Shown: positions 43,650 to 58,783 of the stretch, piece after piece
Layout: the number at the start of each line of letters is the position of its first letter
Position numbering within the stretch: position 1 is the first letter of the stretch
NCBI GenBank assembly: GCA_964035545.1
Contig: OZ037767.1
Coordinates: 30,768,628 to 30,832,627, forward strand
Direction of reading: 5' to 3'
DNA from: Bugula neritina
Taxonomy: Eukaryota > Animalia > Bryozoa
DNA length: 64,000 bases
Translations under genes and position numbers: made by a program
Notes under the pieces: generated by a model
What the model saw: only the letters and a program-made list of their open reading frames with translations
Told to the model about the DNA's origin: nothing
Databases searched by the model: none

Positions 43650-46600
43650 ATGGCTGAAGCAGAACCCAGGGAGATAGAGTGTGGGTTTTGTTTGTTAAAG
43701 GAAGGTCTTGAGAACCCAAAGTCTCTACCCTGTGGTCATATACATTGTTTAGTTTGTCTAACTAGAAATGTTGATGTGAATGACCTGATCAGATGTCCCT
43801 GGTGCAGGTAAATTATATTACATACTATGTTATTCTCAGACTACAAGTGTATCTATTTAACTTCATAGTGTGACCCTGATGCATGTTGAGTGTACTTTCT
43901 ATTATATTCTGCATTATATGTGTTACAGAGAAGTGTTTGATGTGAGTATAGAGACTCTGCCTTCTGCTGATGTAGAGGACAACTTCACATCATGCACTGT
44001 CTGTACTAAGAAGGGGATAAAGAATATCCCAGCTGTGATATACTGTACTGTGTGCAGTAAACTCTTTTGTGGAAAACATAGAGAGGTACTTTAATGTTGA
44101 TTATCTTGTTTGAACAATTGAAACTGTGTAGAGAATGAAACCAGACAAAAACACCTGCCTTCCTGACATTCAATATCTTCTTTAGGCCCATGACATTGTT
44201 AATGATGATCACCAGCAGTTGACCATATCAGAATACAGAATACAAGCTAAGAGACTGGAAAGAAGAGTTTGTTCTAAACACACAGACTACCAAATATCTC
44301 AGGGATGTAAACTCTGTGCTCAACTGTTTTGTGTGCAGTGTTTATCCCAGGCCGACTCTTGTGTTGGAGGTGAAATTTTTATATTGCTCCTAATACTATT
44401 TATTCACATTTAGTGTGCATGATAATTGGGAAAAAATATTTACTATACTCTATAATGACTACAACATTCTTGTCTGTTGGCTGGAATTAGTTACTAGAGT
44501 TGCCTCACACCTAGTAAATGGGATTTTATATATACAAATTATAGTAAATTGATAGCAATATTTGTGGTCGTCTAACTGAAATGACACCCAAATCATTGTG
44601 GATTCTGTTAATGCTTTATCCTGTAAAATTAACTGTAGCTTAGTAATACATTTCCAGGTTCAGATCATAAAATGCTCAGTCTGGATGACCTCATCAAGGA
44701 ACTGGTGAATGTAGAAGAACTGATTACTACAGAAGACAAAGTATCTTCTCTATTCAAACGACTTTCTAAAACTATATCTGACTTTGATACTGAAACAGGA
44801 GAGTTACTAGACATTCTCCATACACAGCGTGATGAACAGGTGTGATTGTTATCACTTTTTCTAGAATGTGTTTGTTTCCTGTCACACCATGTAAAGGTTT
44901 TAATGGTTTACTCGTATGTTTTAGTTGGCTGAGGTGAGACTAAAGTATGAAAAACTTGAAGAGGAGTTCTTAGCTAGTAGAAAGAAAACTAAAGATGCAC
45001 TGGATTCATACATGGAGAGAGAAGTTGGAACTGTTTTGTCTGAACTGAGTAAAAGTAGAATGAAGATAGAAGCTCAACTGAGACAAAACAATCAGGTGTG
45101 TAGAGTTGAGATACAAATAACTTGTGTTGAATAATTGATTCCAAAAAACACAGTGTTGTTGTGAATTTATGCTTCACTGCAATCAACGGGTTTATTTATT
45201 GAAAGCCACTTCACCAGGTTTGTAATGAATAAGAGTTTATTTATGGCTAATTATACACGAATATAATATACAACAACTAACACAACTGTTACATAATAGA
45301 GAGCTATTAACACACGACTTTACATTAGTACAATTCAGTCCTCTCTGCCGGCTAATTTATCAGGCAAGCTTCCACTATACATACGCAGCTCCGCTTACTA
45401 CTAATTATTGTCTACATCCCATTGGTTGTCACGGTGGTGCCATCGTACTGAAGAATGACATGATGTCTACTGCATTATGTTTCAGGTGGAAGAGTTATCC
45501 TTTCGATATAATACCAAATATTTACAGTATTGTACAAGTTGTGCAAAATTACTCAAGTTGTTAAGAGTTTCATTTTATTTTTCAACAGTTTCTGGGTTTG
45601 CTTGTAAAGCATTGTTTGAACTGGTCTTAGACATACAGGATAATTGCATCGCATGATTATCTGTTGTACATGAAAATAATTTTGCCTTTGTGAATAAATG
45701 TGAATTGTTGAATTGATAGGATAGTTTTTTAAAGAGGGAGATATTTTCAAGATTTTGAGAAACCTCTTGAGTGAACTCATGTCCCACTAAATTTCATAGT
45801 TAGATGCCAAAGGCATGATTTTTAAACTCATGTTTGTTTTTGTATTCCAAAATGTGGTTTTAAAAAGAAGCTTAAAAAGGTTGATGTTGATATTTATTCT
45901 CTCTATTCAAAATGTTCTGATTATTGGAGAAGTTTTATTAAAATTTTCTAATCAAATTTAGAAGCTGGTTTGTAAAGGCACATATTGCATGTTTTTATTA
46001 AATAGCAGTGAGTCAGTGACATTTATTGAGTAGATTTATTAAGTTTTTATTCTGCATCAACCAAGAAAGAATCAGCTTTAATTTCACATTATTGTTGCTA
46101 ATCTTCCTGTAATTATAGTTGATCTCTATTCACAGGTGGATCTAGTTGAAGGATATGCAGAGATTAAGGATAGAATACAGAGACTTGTATCTGTTGAGAT
46201 ACCTGAACTAGAACTGTGTGATGTCATGACTCTAGAGGTCAAAGGTTAGTTGGTATAAGCTGACTATTGTATATTCATGTGGTACTGTGTGGTATACATT
46301 GTATTCATGTCATATGATACAGTGTAGAGATCTTTGTACATACTCACTTTACTTCTATACTCTTTATTAATATATGTTGAACTATCATTATATTCACTAC
46401 TATTATATAATATATTCACTATTATTATATAATATATTCACTATTATTATATAATAATATATTCACTACTATTATATAATATATTCACTACTATTATATA
46501 ATATATTCACTACTATTATATACTATATTAACTACTATTATATAATATAGTCACTGCTACTATATGAATATTCAACAAAAAATCCAATATTGTTTCTACC

Positions 46601-47920
46601 ATTTAATAATTTGATTTTACATACACATAATAATATAAATTTATGTATTCTTTACAGAAGAGAAGAGAGACATGGAAGTAGATTTAGTTTCTACAGCAGA
46701 CGTATCTATTAGTTTGGATCAAGGAGTGACAACTTCTACTCTTCCTAATTCTCTCAAACTCTTGCAGTCTGTTGATGTTTCTAATGCTTGTTGGTCAGTC
46801 TGTAGATATGAGGGTAACACTTATGTAGGGCGGTATGGTGGAGTAGCCAGAGTAGATGAGAACTATAATGTTACTCAGTCATTTGTTACAGACAGTGGTT
46901 TTGTGTTTGGTCTTACAGCATATAAAGATCAGCTGTACACTTTAGCTTGTGAGGGCAGTAATTGGAAGGTAGAAGTGTATGACTTTAGTGGGAATCAGGT
47001 GACCAGCTGGTCTCACAGTGATACTAGTATGGGGTGTATCAATAAACTTGTTATAGTTGATGATCAGGTTGTAGTCCCTGATAGACCAAGTAAAAGAGTC
47101 ACAATTTACTCTCTTACTGGGGAGGTAATTAAACAGGTGCCCTGCTCTCTACTTAGTGACAGCTGTGTAGCTATATGTGCAGCAGACAGACATTGTGTAG
47201 TAGTTTCTGATTACAATTCCTCTCAAGTATTTAAGTTGGACCTGACAACAGAGAAAGTCATCTGGACATGTAAGGATGTGACTAACCCACAAGGTGTGAC
47301 CTGCTATAGAAGTAAATATATTCTTGTGACTATTTACAGCAGTAAAACTACTATCTGGATACTGGATGTGAAGACAGGTGAGTTGGTGTTTATTCTACCA
47401 TATGGGAAGCTCCTGTACACACACACTATTGTTGGTTTGCATGTATGCTCTCAGTCTAACCTTTAGATGAAAACTATTACATGCTATATCATCATATATT
47501 ATTATTAACAATGTATGTGGTAGCTAAAAAGTATACACAACATTTGCCATATATAATGCAGTATAATAATTAATATTACAGTCATTACATATAATATTAT
47601 ATATAATATAGTTTCTTATTAACAGAGTATACAGTAGCTAGAAAATATAGAAAACCTTTGTCTTATATAATGTAGTATAACCCTGTAATCAAGTTCTTTA
47701 TTGATATATAATACTCGTATAATAAAATTTGATATTTGAGAACAGAATGTGTTAAACAGAGGTTGTTACATCATTTCCTGTTACAGGCACACAGCTGGCT
47801 AAGATAGGAGATCCAACTGTTAGAGAGAATAGTCATGTACTTGATCTCCATGTGTATAGAGATACTCTGGTTGTACCCAGACATGATGAGAAGAAAGTTC
47901 TGTTCTACCAGCTCAAATAA
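43650..47920 (+). CDS. TRIM-like RING/B-box/coiled-coil/beta-propeller protein, copy 4
   Basis: Exons 43650-43807, 43929-44085, 44186-44369, 44658-44839, 44925-45095, 46136-46244, 46658-47377, 47787-47920 (TAA). Frame open; the putative first exon is interrupted by a foldback element. Confidence 0.88.
45157..45526 (-). mobile_element. Probable solo LTR (370 bp) in coding intron 5 of copy 4
   Basis: Insertion absent from copies 2, 3 and 5 (empty site AACACAGTATTGT). TGT...ACA termini; 4-bp flanks GTGT/GTAT (one mismatch); CCAAT and AATAAA motifs on the minus strand. Confidence 0.6.
46385..46572. repeat. 22-bp VNTR in intron 6, copy 4
   Basis: About 7-8 units. Confidence 0.85.
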
Positions 47921-49462
47921 ACAGGTATTATATAATACTGTATTTTATAGTCAAAGGGGATCTCTTATTATATTTAATATAATATATTGATAAATATATT
48001 TCATGCTGAGGCTTTAAACCTGTAAATTACTGAATTTACTCCTTGTTTTCACTTGCTCATATAATATTATCCTCTAATCTTTTCACTGCTGTCAATCTTT
48101 ATCTCAGTAAATGAAGGTTTATAATCTTTGACAATATAATTCTATATGATAGTGTGATGTACTTCCTGTTATGTTGATACTCACATCTGATTGGTGTATG
48201 TTGTAGGTCATGTGGAGATAACCCTTACACTGTGTCAAAATGCTTGCTAGTTCTTGAGTACACCTGAGAATATCTGAGAAGTTGTCTTCTTACTCTTAGA
48301 ATATCTCAGTCAGTGCCAACTGTTTATATTAAATATTGTTTAGTACATTGTAGCAATTTCCTAATATTTGTCTTTTATTTATCTCTTTGTTCTTTGATAT
48401 TGAAAACAATCTTTTACAATAATAATATCGTTTACTGATGGTGAAATGATAATTGCATTTTGTTCTGGTACATGTAGGTTTGCATGCAGTGGCTGGTTTT
48501 ATTATTTAATATTATATCGTTTGTATTTTGCTAAACAAAAACTTTTAATATTATTCTTTTTTTTCATATTTCACTTTATTATTTTTTACTTTCAAAACTA
48601 CTTTTATGTATTATTGTGGTGATTATGGTTGCTTGTAACGAATTTTAGTTGCAACATTTAATGTTTTATGGAAAGTTTATGATTGAGATTTCTTCAAATG
48701 CAATATATATGATTATAATAATTTTTTTCCTGTTTCCCTCCTTTTTGATGTGCACTAGTTACACCATAAATCAAATTGTAAGCAAAATTATTGAATTGAT
48801 TATATGTTGAACAATATGATCCGTCAGCAGTTTAAAATTTGATGTTTTAAATTCCTTTTTATTAGTAATATTTTGGGGCAGAAATCATCTGAATGCTGCA
48901 ACTAATGAGAACTCATGAATTCACTGACAGTTCTCATGTAACTCACATATCCATATTCATGCATAATTCACATTGTAGCAGGTATATGCAGTGTACAGCA
49001 AATTTGCACAATTAATCAGAAATGCACTCTAGTAGATGTGCATATTGTAGCAAGTTTATATCTTACAAATGATGTTTTTTGGCTGTGAAAAACATCAACC
49101 ACGATATTTCCTTTCAACTGTTACAACATTCCTTCAGCTGTAGGAAGTAAATGCTATTGACTTTTAATCAACAAACTCTTTTGGTACTTTATTTACCGAG
49201 TGCACATATATATTCGGCAAAAATATATATAGTTATATACCGTTACCCGAACTTTGATAGGTGAGAATATATTATATTTATAATAATATTATAGTATAAT
49301 TATATACGCACAAACGCATCAAACTTATAACCATTTAGATTTTAGACCGTAGAGAATTATATAATAATATTGAATTGTGCGGAGCGAAAAGCAAGAGAGT
49401 TGTCTTTTCACGGTGACCATAAGCTGATTTTCGGGGCTGCAAGCTGCGAAAACATCTTTGAT

Positions 49463-49519
49463 ACTTCCGGTGGGGAATCCCCAAATGAAATTCTCAGTTG
49501 GAGTTTGGTGGAGATGTAG
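49463..49519 (+). promoter_or_regulatory. Putative promoter/first exon of copy 5: ACTTCCGG, GGGGAATCCCC (49472-49482), TCAGTT, donor at 49520
   Basis: As for copy 3. Confidence 0.58.
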
Positions 49520-52500
49520 GTAAGTTGAATATTGGCAAATACTGAAAGTTGTTATACCAATTTATGCTTGTACTTTTGGCCTTAAAATCTCGTAATATTT
49601 TTGTACCCGAATTGAAGTTTTTTTGGGATTAAATTTATATCACTAGATGTGAACTCGACATGGGCCTTGGGACTGAGGTTTGCTGCACAATTTCAACTTC
49701 AAGTTGTACTACAGTTATAAGTCTAAGACCAAAGTTCAGTTTCATTTTGATTGTAAAATGATTAATATTAATATTGAATATAATATTAATAATGCTAATT
49801 CGTTGTCCTAATACTAACCTTGTTTGTGTTTTACTCTGATGGTGATTGTCTTCAGGCCTTAGATTCTTATAGATATACTAATACTTATAGTTATAGTCAT
49901 ACTTATAGTTATACTCTTATAGTATAACTGTTATAGTTATATTTTTCAAAAATTCAGTAAATTGACTTAAACTTAAAATTTATAGATGTTTTTACTCAAA
50001 TATACAGGTCATTTTTATTTAGATGAGCATTAATGTAATGATTAGCATGAACGCTAGTTTTGTTTTGAGTTTAATATTGACAATTGTAATATATAGTATT
50101 TGTGCTTCCATATTTTTACAGTTTCTTGGCATAAAAAGTACCTAATCTTGTGAAAAAAAGTGCTCTTCAGTTAATAAAGTTTTCAGTCAGCATGTTGGCA
50201 AAGAACGTTGCCTGCTGCATTGTGCAACTCTTTTTTTAGTCAGATGAATGAGAAACGTATGAATTTTACCTCAACAAAGTATAACTTCTTACTTTCTAGC
50301 TGATGGTTAATCATCTATCATTAATAATGCATTTCTATCTTTGCACCTCAAATATTTACATAAACATGTAGCCTAATAAGTAGATGATTCTATTTTCCTG
50401 AAATGAGTTGGAACAGCAGATAGTGTCTTAAAACGTATGGTTTTTGTTCCATTCAGCTAGAGTTTGAAGCACTATTTTTTGTTCCTCTTATGTGATAGCC
50501 TACTATCTACTCTACTCCTTTTGGAAATAATTTGACAAGCTTTATATTAAGTTGATTTTATACCCGTAAGTCCACAGGTACTCAACATAAAATATTCTCA
50601 ATATATCAAATAATTAGTTCTTTTAGTCTTTTGTTTTCTAAATACTCACTTCACATGAACTAACCATGTAGCTCCATGATAATTACGTGAACACAGCTAT
50701 AGTTATGACTGCTAGTTAATCTAATATATACACATAGTCTTGTAAACATTGTTCAGTTTCTTTTCTATAAAAATTATCTAATGTATATTTATTTTAGGTA
50801 TTTTGACACATTTATTGAAACAAGATGGCTGAAGCAGAACCCAGGGAGATAGAGTGTGGGTTTTGTTTGTTAAAGGAAGGTCTTGAGAACCCAAAGTCTC
50901 TACCCTGTGGTCACATACATTGTTTACTTTGTCTAACTAGGAATGTTGATGTGAATGATCTGATCAGATGTCCTTGGTGCAGGTAAATTATATTACAAAC
51001 TATACTATTCTCAGACTACAAATATATCTATTTAACTTCATAGTGTGACTCTGATGCATGTTGAGTGTACTTTCTATTATATTCTGCATTATATATGTTA
51101 CAGAGAAGTGTTTGATGTGAGTATAGAGACTCTGCCTTCTGCTGATGTAGAGGACAACTTCACATCATGCACTGTCTGCACTAAGAAGGGGATAAAGAAT
51201 ATCCCAGCTGTTATATACTGTACTGTGTGCAGTAAACTCTTCTGTGGGAAACATAGAGAGGTACTTTAATGTTGATTATTCTTTCTGCGGAATTTAGCTG
51301 TGTAAAAATGAATAAAGAAAAAAATAACATAGTGATTTCTGACATGCAATATATTCCATAGTCACATGATGATACCAATGATGATCACCAGCAGATGACC
51401 ATCTCTGAATACAGAGTACAAGCTAAGAGACTGGAAAGAAGAGTTTGTTCTAAACATACAGACTACCAAATATCTCTGGGATGTAAACTCTGTGCTCAAC
51501 TGTTTTGTGTGCAGTGTTTATCTCGGACTGACTCTTGTGTTTGAGGTGAAATTTTTATATTGCTCCTAATATAATTTATTCACATTTAGTGTACATGATA
51601 ATTTGAAAGAAAAAAGTTTACTATACTCTTTAATGACTACACCATTGGCTTGAATTAGTTACTAGGGTTGCCTCACACCTAGTAAATGGGATTTTATATA
51701 TATAAATTATAGCAAATTGATAGCAATATCTGTGGCCATCTAACTGAAATGACACCCAAATCATTGTGGATTCTGTGACTGTTTTATCCTGTAAAATTAA
51801 CTGTAGTTTAGTAATACATTTTCAGGTTCACTACATGACATGGCTGGGTTGGATGACCTCATCAAGGAACTGGTGAATGTAGAAGAATTGATTACTACAG
51901 AAGACAAAGTATCTTCTCTATTCAAACTACTTTCTAAAACTATATCTGACTTTGATACTGAAACAGGAGAGTTACTAGACATTCTCCATACACAGCGTGA
52001 TGAACAGGTGTGATTGATATCACATTTTCTAGAATGTGTTTGTTTCCTGTCACACCGTGTAAAGGTTTTAATGGTTTACTCGTACGTTTTAGTTGACTGA
52101 GGTGCGACTAAAGTATGAGAAACTTGAAGAGGAGTTCTTAGCTAGTAGAAAGAAAACTAAAGATGCACTGGATGCATACATGGAGAGAGAAGTTGGAACT
52201 GTTTTGTCTGAACTGAGTAAAAGTAGAATGAAGATAGAAGCTCAACTTAGACAAAACAATCAGGTGTGTAGAGTTGAATACAAATAACTTGTGCTGAATA
52301 ATTGAGTCTAAAGAACACAGTATTGTGCAAATGGCGCAACATTACTCAAGTTGTTAGAGTTTTATATTATATTTTCAAAACAGTCTCTAGGTTTGCTTGT
52401 AAAACATTGTTTGAACTGGTTTTAAAATTATATGATAATTGTATCAAATGCTTATATGCTGTACTTGAAAACAATTTTGTTTAGGTGAATAAATGTAATT

Positions 52501-52587
52501 TCTTGAATTGATAGGATAGTTTGAAAAACGTGGGAAATATTTTCAAGATTTTGAGAAACCCTTATGTGAACTAATGTCCCACTAGTG

Positions 52588-52680
52588 CAGTGGTTCCCAA
52601 CTTTTTTCCTACTATTCCCCCTTTCATAATTATTTACTATTATTTTCCCGCCTTTAAAAAAGCGAAAATATTTTATGACT

Positions 52681-52745
<65 letters not shown>

Positions 52746-54312
52746 GCAATATATTTTGTTATATTATATTTGCATATCCTATGATTAAGATAACATTATT
52801 ATTATCGTTATGAAACACAGAGCAGTTCAGTTATTAATGTTATGGCTGCAGCTGATAATATTGTGCCAGCTTGCTTACGTCTGGCTCTGTGTTTGATCAG
52901 GCCCATCTTAGGTCACCTTGCAGGTTGAGGCAGTTTCTCTTCTCTTTGAATTGATGAGAATCCTACCTCAGACAGATAGGTGGTGCTGGATGGCACCAAA
53001 AATCTGCTTTGTCAGTTATGTGTGGGAAGAGTTTGCTTGTTGAAACTCACGATTATTTTAGGTAAAACTGGTGCATGTAAAAGTGGCACAGGTCATAATG
53101 GCACAAATAAAAAATTAAGTAGAAACGGCACACCGATGTTATATTATTACAAACTCAAACCCCAAACCCTCCTCTCTAAGCCCCCAACCCTTGAACATCT
53201 ACCCTACACTTCAGAACTCCAAGTACAAACCCTAAATCCTCACCTCAAAACCTTCTTTCAAACTCCAAACCCCCACCCCAAAATTGAAAACATATGCCAT
53301 TTTTTCCTACTTTTCCATTTGTGCTATTATTACCTGTACCATTTCTACTGGACGCTAACCCACAATACATCAACTTGAGAAAATTTCCTGTCACCCTTCA
53401 TTGCTGAATTGTGAACCAACTCAATAAAATCCTCCTGTAACACCTCTGAAAACTTGTCAACAAACCGTTGCAATGGGTCACATGTCAAGTTGAGAATCTA
53501 GCTCTTTCTTTGTCAGAGGTAACGCAGAGAAATGCCGTTAAAAGTCGATTAAAATTTCAGAGAAATGCCTAGAAAGATTTTTAGAAAACGATCTGGAACA
53601 GTTGGTGTCCGGGGAGAAAAAATGGCAGATAGTAATGGCACAAATGAAAAATTAAGTAAAAATGGCACATTTTCAATATTAGCATTGTAGATTTGAGTTG
53701 GGGGGTCAGGCATTCAGGATGGCGGGTTTGGGTTTGGCAAATTCTAACACCATTGTGCATTTTTACCTGTGCCATTTTTTATCTAAAATCGTAACAGGTT
53801 CTTCTCCTGTAAAATTTCATCGAGTGTGGGGAAAAACACCATGTTTTTAATAGACGCCACCACTTTAGTGTAACTTTAAAAACATTGATGCTGCTATGAA
53901 AAGCAATGATATGAAGATGCACTCCTGCATTTTTAGGCTTAGACTATTCAGTGTAGCAAATATATTCATTAGGTATGTAGTATACAGTTTATAGAGATTG
54001 ACTTGCATGGCTGCTAAAAGTTGACCTGTTGGTTTTTGCATCTTTTTGGCCTTCATTCGAAGTAGCACAGAGAAGAGTTATGGTAGAGTAATTATTAAAC
54101 ACATTTATGTAGAAGTAAACCAAAATTGCAAAATATATGGTTTGGTTAAATAAATGAACTAAAATGAAGGTTTATAGATATACATATACATGTAACTTGC
54201 AAGAGTTCAAAAACCGTCAACAAAGTGCGTAAATTTTTCAAAGTCCAAATTCCCCCCCTAAAATATCCAAATTCTTCCCTAGGGGAGAATTACCCCAGGT
54301 TGGGAACCACTG
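52588..54312 (-). mobile_element. Second copy of the same hAT element at the orthologous intron site, duplicated with the gene
   Basis: Same TIRs, TSD CACTAGTG (52580-52587, 54313-54320), near-identical interior, plus a (TA)n tract at ~52685-52742. Confidence 0.92.
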
Positions 54313-55079
54313 CACTAGTGACTAAAGTACAAGCAAATTTCATAGTTAGATGCTAAAGGGATGATTTCTGAACTCCTGTTTGTTTTTATATTCCAAAATG
54401 CGGTTCTAAAAAAGAAGCTTAAAAAGGTTTATGTTGATATTCATTCTCTTTATTAAAAATTCGACGATTGGAGAAGTTTTATTAAGATTTTTTTAATCGA
54501 ATTTAGAAGCTGGCTTGTAAAGGCACTTAGCATGTTTTTATTAGATAACAGTGAGTCAGTGACATTTATTGAGTATTTATTAAGTTTTTATTCTGCATCA
54601 ACCAAGAAAGAATCAGCTTTAATTTCACATTATTGTTGCTAATCTTCCTGTAATTGTAGTTGATCTCTATTCACAGGTGGATCTAGTTGAAGGATATGCA
54701 GAGATTAAGGATAGAATACAGAGACTTGTATCTGTTGAGATACCTGAACTAGAACTGTGTGATGTCAGGACTCTAGAGGTCAAAGGTTAGTTGGTATAAG
54801 CTGACTATTGTATATTCATGTAGTACTGTGTTACTGAATATGTTGTATTTATGTTTCCTATCTACATCACAGTATAGCTCTACTCTCTTATATTAATTAC
54901 TAGATTTAATTGTATAGGAAAGATAGAACATTACAACTCATGTATAGAATACAATAACCATACATACCAGTTTATCAACATTACTTCTACTTGTCATATG
55001 ATACAGTGTAGGATCTTTGTATATACTCACTATACTTTTATACTCTTTGAAACCCCATTTTGATCTATCGTTATACTTG

Positions 55080-55535
55080 CTACTATTATATCATATATTC
55101 ACTACTATTTTATAATATATTCACTACTATTATATAATATATTCACTACTATTATTTAATATATTCACTACTATTATATAATATATTTACTACTATTATA
55201 TAATATATTCACTGCTATTATATAATATATTCACTATTATTATATAATATATTCACTGCTATTATATAATATATTCACTATTATTATATAATATACTCAC
55301 TGCTATTATATAATATATTCACTACTATTATATAATATATTCACTGCTATTATATAATATATTCACTGCTATTATATAATATATTCACTGCTATTATATA
55401 ATATATTCACTGCTATTATATAATATATTCACTACTATTATATAATATATTCACTACTATTATATAATATATTTACTACTATTATATAATATATTCACTA
55501 CTATTATATCATATATTCACTACTATTTTATAATG
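55080..55535. repeat. 22-bp VNTR in intron 6, copy 5
   Basis: About 20 units. Confidence 0.92.
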
Positions 55536-58500
55536 TTATGTTAACAGCTATTATATAATATATTTCCTACAAACTCAGTATATTTCTATATTCTTTATCA
55601 CTCCATGTTGAACTATAATGTTATCTTCACTATTATATAACATTATCTTCACTACTGTTACATTATATTATATTCTCTACTGATTTATGATATATTATTT
55701 CCATCACTAACATATAGTACTATCTTCACTATTATTATATAATGTTATATTCTCTGCTATTATATAATGTTATATTCCCTACAAATAGTATAATATAATA
55801 ATTGTGTTTAAGTAGTAGATTCAGTACTATTTTATAATATATTTACTTTATGCTATTATTTACTTTACTACATGTATATATACTTTACAGGAGAGAAGAG
55901 AGACATAGAAGTAGATTTAGTTTTTACAGCAGACGCATCTATTAGTTTGGATCAAGGAGTGACAACTTCTACTCTTCCTAATTCTCTCCAACTCTTGCAG
56001 TCTGTTGATGTTTCTAATGCTTGTTGGCCAGTTTGTAGATATGAGGGTAACACTTATGTAGGATTAACTGGTAGAGTAGACAGAGTAGATGAGAACTATA
56101 ATGTTACTCAGTCATTTGTTAGAGTCAGGGGTGTTGTGTTTGGTCTTACAGCATATAAAGATCAGCTGTACACTTTAGTGCGTGATGAAAGTAATAGTTG
56201 GAAGGTAGAAGTGTATGACTTTAGTGGGAATCAGGTGACCAGCTGGACCCATAGTGATAATGTTGCGTGGACCAATAAACTTGTTATAGTTGATGATCAG
56301 GTTGTAGTCCCTGATAGGCAAAGTAGTAGACTCACAATCTACTCTTTTACTGGGGAGGTAATTAAACAAGTGCCCTGCTCTCTACTTAGTAACAATTGGG
56401 TAGCTATATGTGCAGCAGACAGACATTGTGTAGTAGTTTCTGATTGCAATTCCTCTCAAGCATTTAAGTTAGACCTGACAACAGAGAAAGTCATCTGGAC
56501 ATGCAAGGATGTGACTAAACCACAAAGTGTGACCTGCTATAGAAGTAAATATATTCTTGTGACTAACCTCAGCAGTAAAACCACTATCTGGATACTGGAT
56601 GTGAAGACAGGTTAGTTGGTGTTTATTCTACCATATGGGAAGCTCTTGTACACAAACACACATTATAGTTGGTTGGCATGTATGCTCTCAGTCTAACCTT
56701 TAGATGGAAGCTATTACACGCTATATCATCATATATTATTATTAACAAAGTATATGGTAGCTAAAAAGTATACAAAACATTTGCCATATACAATGCAGCA
56801 TAAATTTATACTCATTACAGATAATATTATCATATACAATATAGTTTCTTATTAACAGAGTATACAGTAGCTAGCAAGTATAAAAATCCTCTGTCTTATA
56901 TAATGTAGTATGACCCTGTAGTGGGGTTTTTGTTGACATAACAATAGAGAAAGTAATATGTTAAATAAAGAATATTACATCATATCCTGTTACAGGCACA
57001 CAGCTGGCTAAGATAGAAGATCCAACTGTTAGAGAGAATAGCCATGTACTTGATCTCCATGTGTATAGAGACACTCTGATTGTCCCCAGACATAATGAAA
57101 AGAAAGTTCTGTTCTACCAGCTCAAATGAACAGGTATTATGTAATATTGTGTTTTATATTCAAAGGGGATCTCTTGTTTTTTTTAATCTATATTGATAAA
57201 TATATTTCATGCTGAGACTTTAAACCTGTAAATTACTGAATTCACGATTTGTTTTCATTTGCTCATGTATTATCCTCTAATCTTTTCACTGCTGTCAATC
57301 TTTATCTCAGTAAATGAAGTTTTATAATCTTTGACAATATTATTCTATATGATAGTGTAATGTACTTCCTGTTATGTTGATACTCACATCTGATTGGTGT
57401 ATATTTTAGGTCATGTGGAGATAACCCTTACACTGTGTCAAAATGCTTGCTAGTTCTTGAGTACACCTGAAAATATCTGAGGAGTTGCCTTCTTATTCTT
57501 AGAATGTCCCAGTCAGTGCCAACTGTTTATATTGAATATTGTTTAGTAAATTGTAGCAACTTCTTAGTATTTGTCTTTTACTTACCACTTGGTTCTTTGA
57601 TAATGAAAACAATCTTTTACAATAATAGCCATTATATACTGATAGTGAAATGATAATTGCATTTTGTTCGGGTAAATACATGTAGGTTTGCATGCAGTTA
57701 CTGGCTTTATTATACATTATAATATCATTTGTGATTTGCTGAACAAAAACTTATAATATAATTGTTTTTTTTCCATATTTAACTTTATTGTTTTTTACTT
57801 CCAAAAATTCTTTTGACAACTGTTCTAGTGATTGTGGTTGCTTGTAACAAATTTTGGTTGCAGCACCTAACGTTTTATGGAAAGCTTGTGATTGAGATTT
57901 TTTCAAATGCAATATAAATAATTATTATGTTCCTGTTTTCCTCCTTCTTGATGTGCACTAGTTCCACCCTAAATCAAACTGTAGGCAAAATTATTGAGTT
58001 GATTATATGTTGAACAATATGATTCTTCAGCAGTTTGAAAATTGTTGTTTTAAATTCATTTTTATTAGTAAGATTTCGAAGCACAAATCACTTGAATGCT
58101 GCAACTAATGAGAACTCATGAATTCACTGACAATTCTCATGTAACTCACATATCCATATTCATGTATAATTTACATTGTAGCAGGTATATGCAGTGTACA
58201 GCAGGTGTGCACAATTTATCAGAAGTTCACTCTGGTAGATGTACATACTGTAGCAAACATACAGTTTATATCTTACAAATTTTGTGGTTGTAAAAAACTT
58301 TAACCACTGGTTTTTCTTTCAACTGTTACAACATTCCTACATATTTTTTAATATACAAATACAGCTTATAACGAAGACAAGTCTAAAAGGTTGATAGCTA
58401 GACTATCAATAAGTTAGTTGAAATTGGCGATTAGCATCAGTTGTGAATATGAAATAGTAAATGTGAACTTGTTTTGTGCACTACTGCTGTAGCAAGTAAA

Positions 58501-58726
58501 TGCTATTGACTTTTACTATTGTGATATTTTCCGAATGTACTTATATATGCGGCAAAGATATTATTTATATTATAGTATATACACACACGCATCAAACTTA
58601 TAACCATTCAGACTTTAAAGAGTTAGATATTATTGCATTGTGCAAGGCAAAAAAGCAAGAGAGTTGTCCTGCCTTCGTGAGCATAAAATAATTTTCGAGA
58701 CTTCAAGCTGCGAAAACGGCATTGCT

Positions 58727-58783
58727 ATTTCCGGTGGGGAGTACCCAAATGAAATTCTCAGTTAGTATTTGGTGGAAAAGTAG
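58727..58783 (+). promoter_or_regulatory. Putative promoter/first exon of copy 6 (degenerate GGGGAGTACCC at 58736-58746, TCAGTT, donor at 58784)
   Basis: Homology to the same block in the other copies. Confidence 0.5.

Larger units (their letters stand above)
50825..57129 (+). pseudogene. TRIM-like copy 5 with a premature stop (GGA>TGA at 51542-51544)
   Basis: Exons 50825-50982, 51104-51260, 51362-51545, 51826-52007, 52093-52263, 54677-54785, 55891-56610, 56996-57129. Exon 3 ends TCT TGT GTT TGA G|gt where all other copies read TCT TGT GTT GGA G|gt. All other exons are open. Confidence 0.8.

Noticed and set aside
47378-47466. C-terminal extension of the copy 4 propeller ORF (ELVFILPYGK...)
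   Set aside because: Read-through into intron 7 caused by a GTGAG rather than GTTAG donor; the conserved last exon at 47787 completes the domain.
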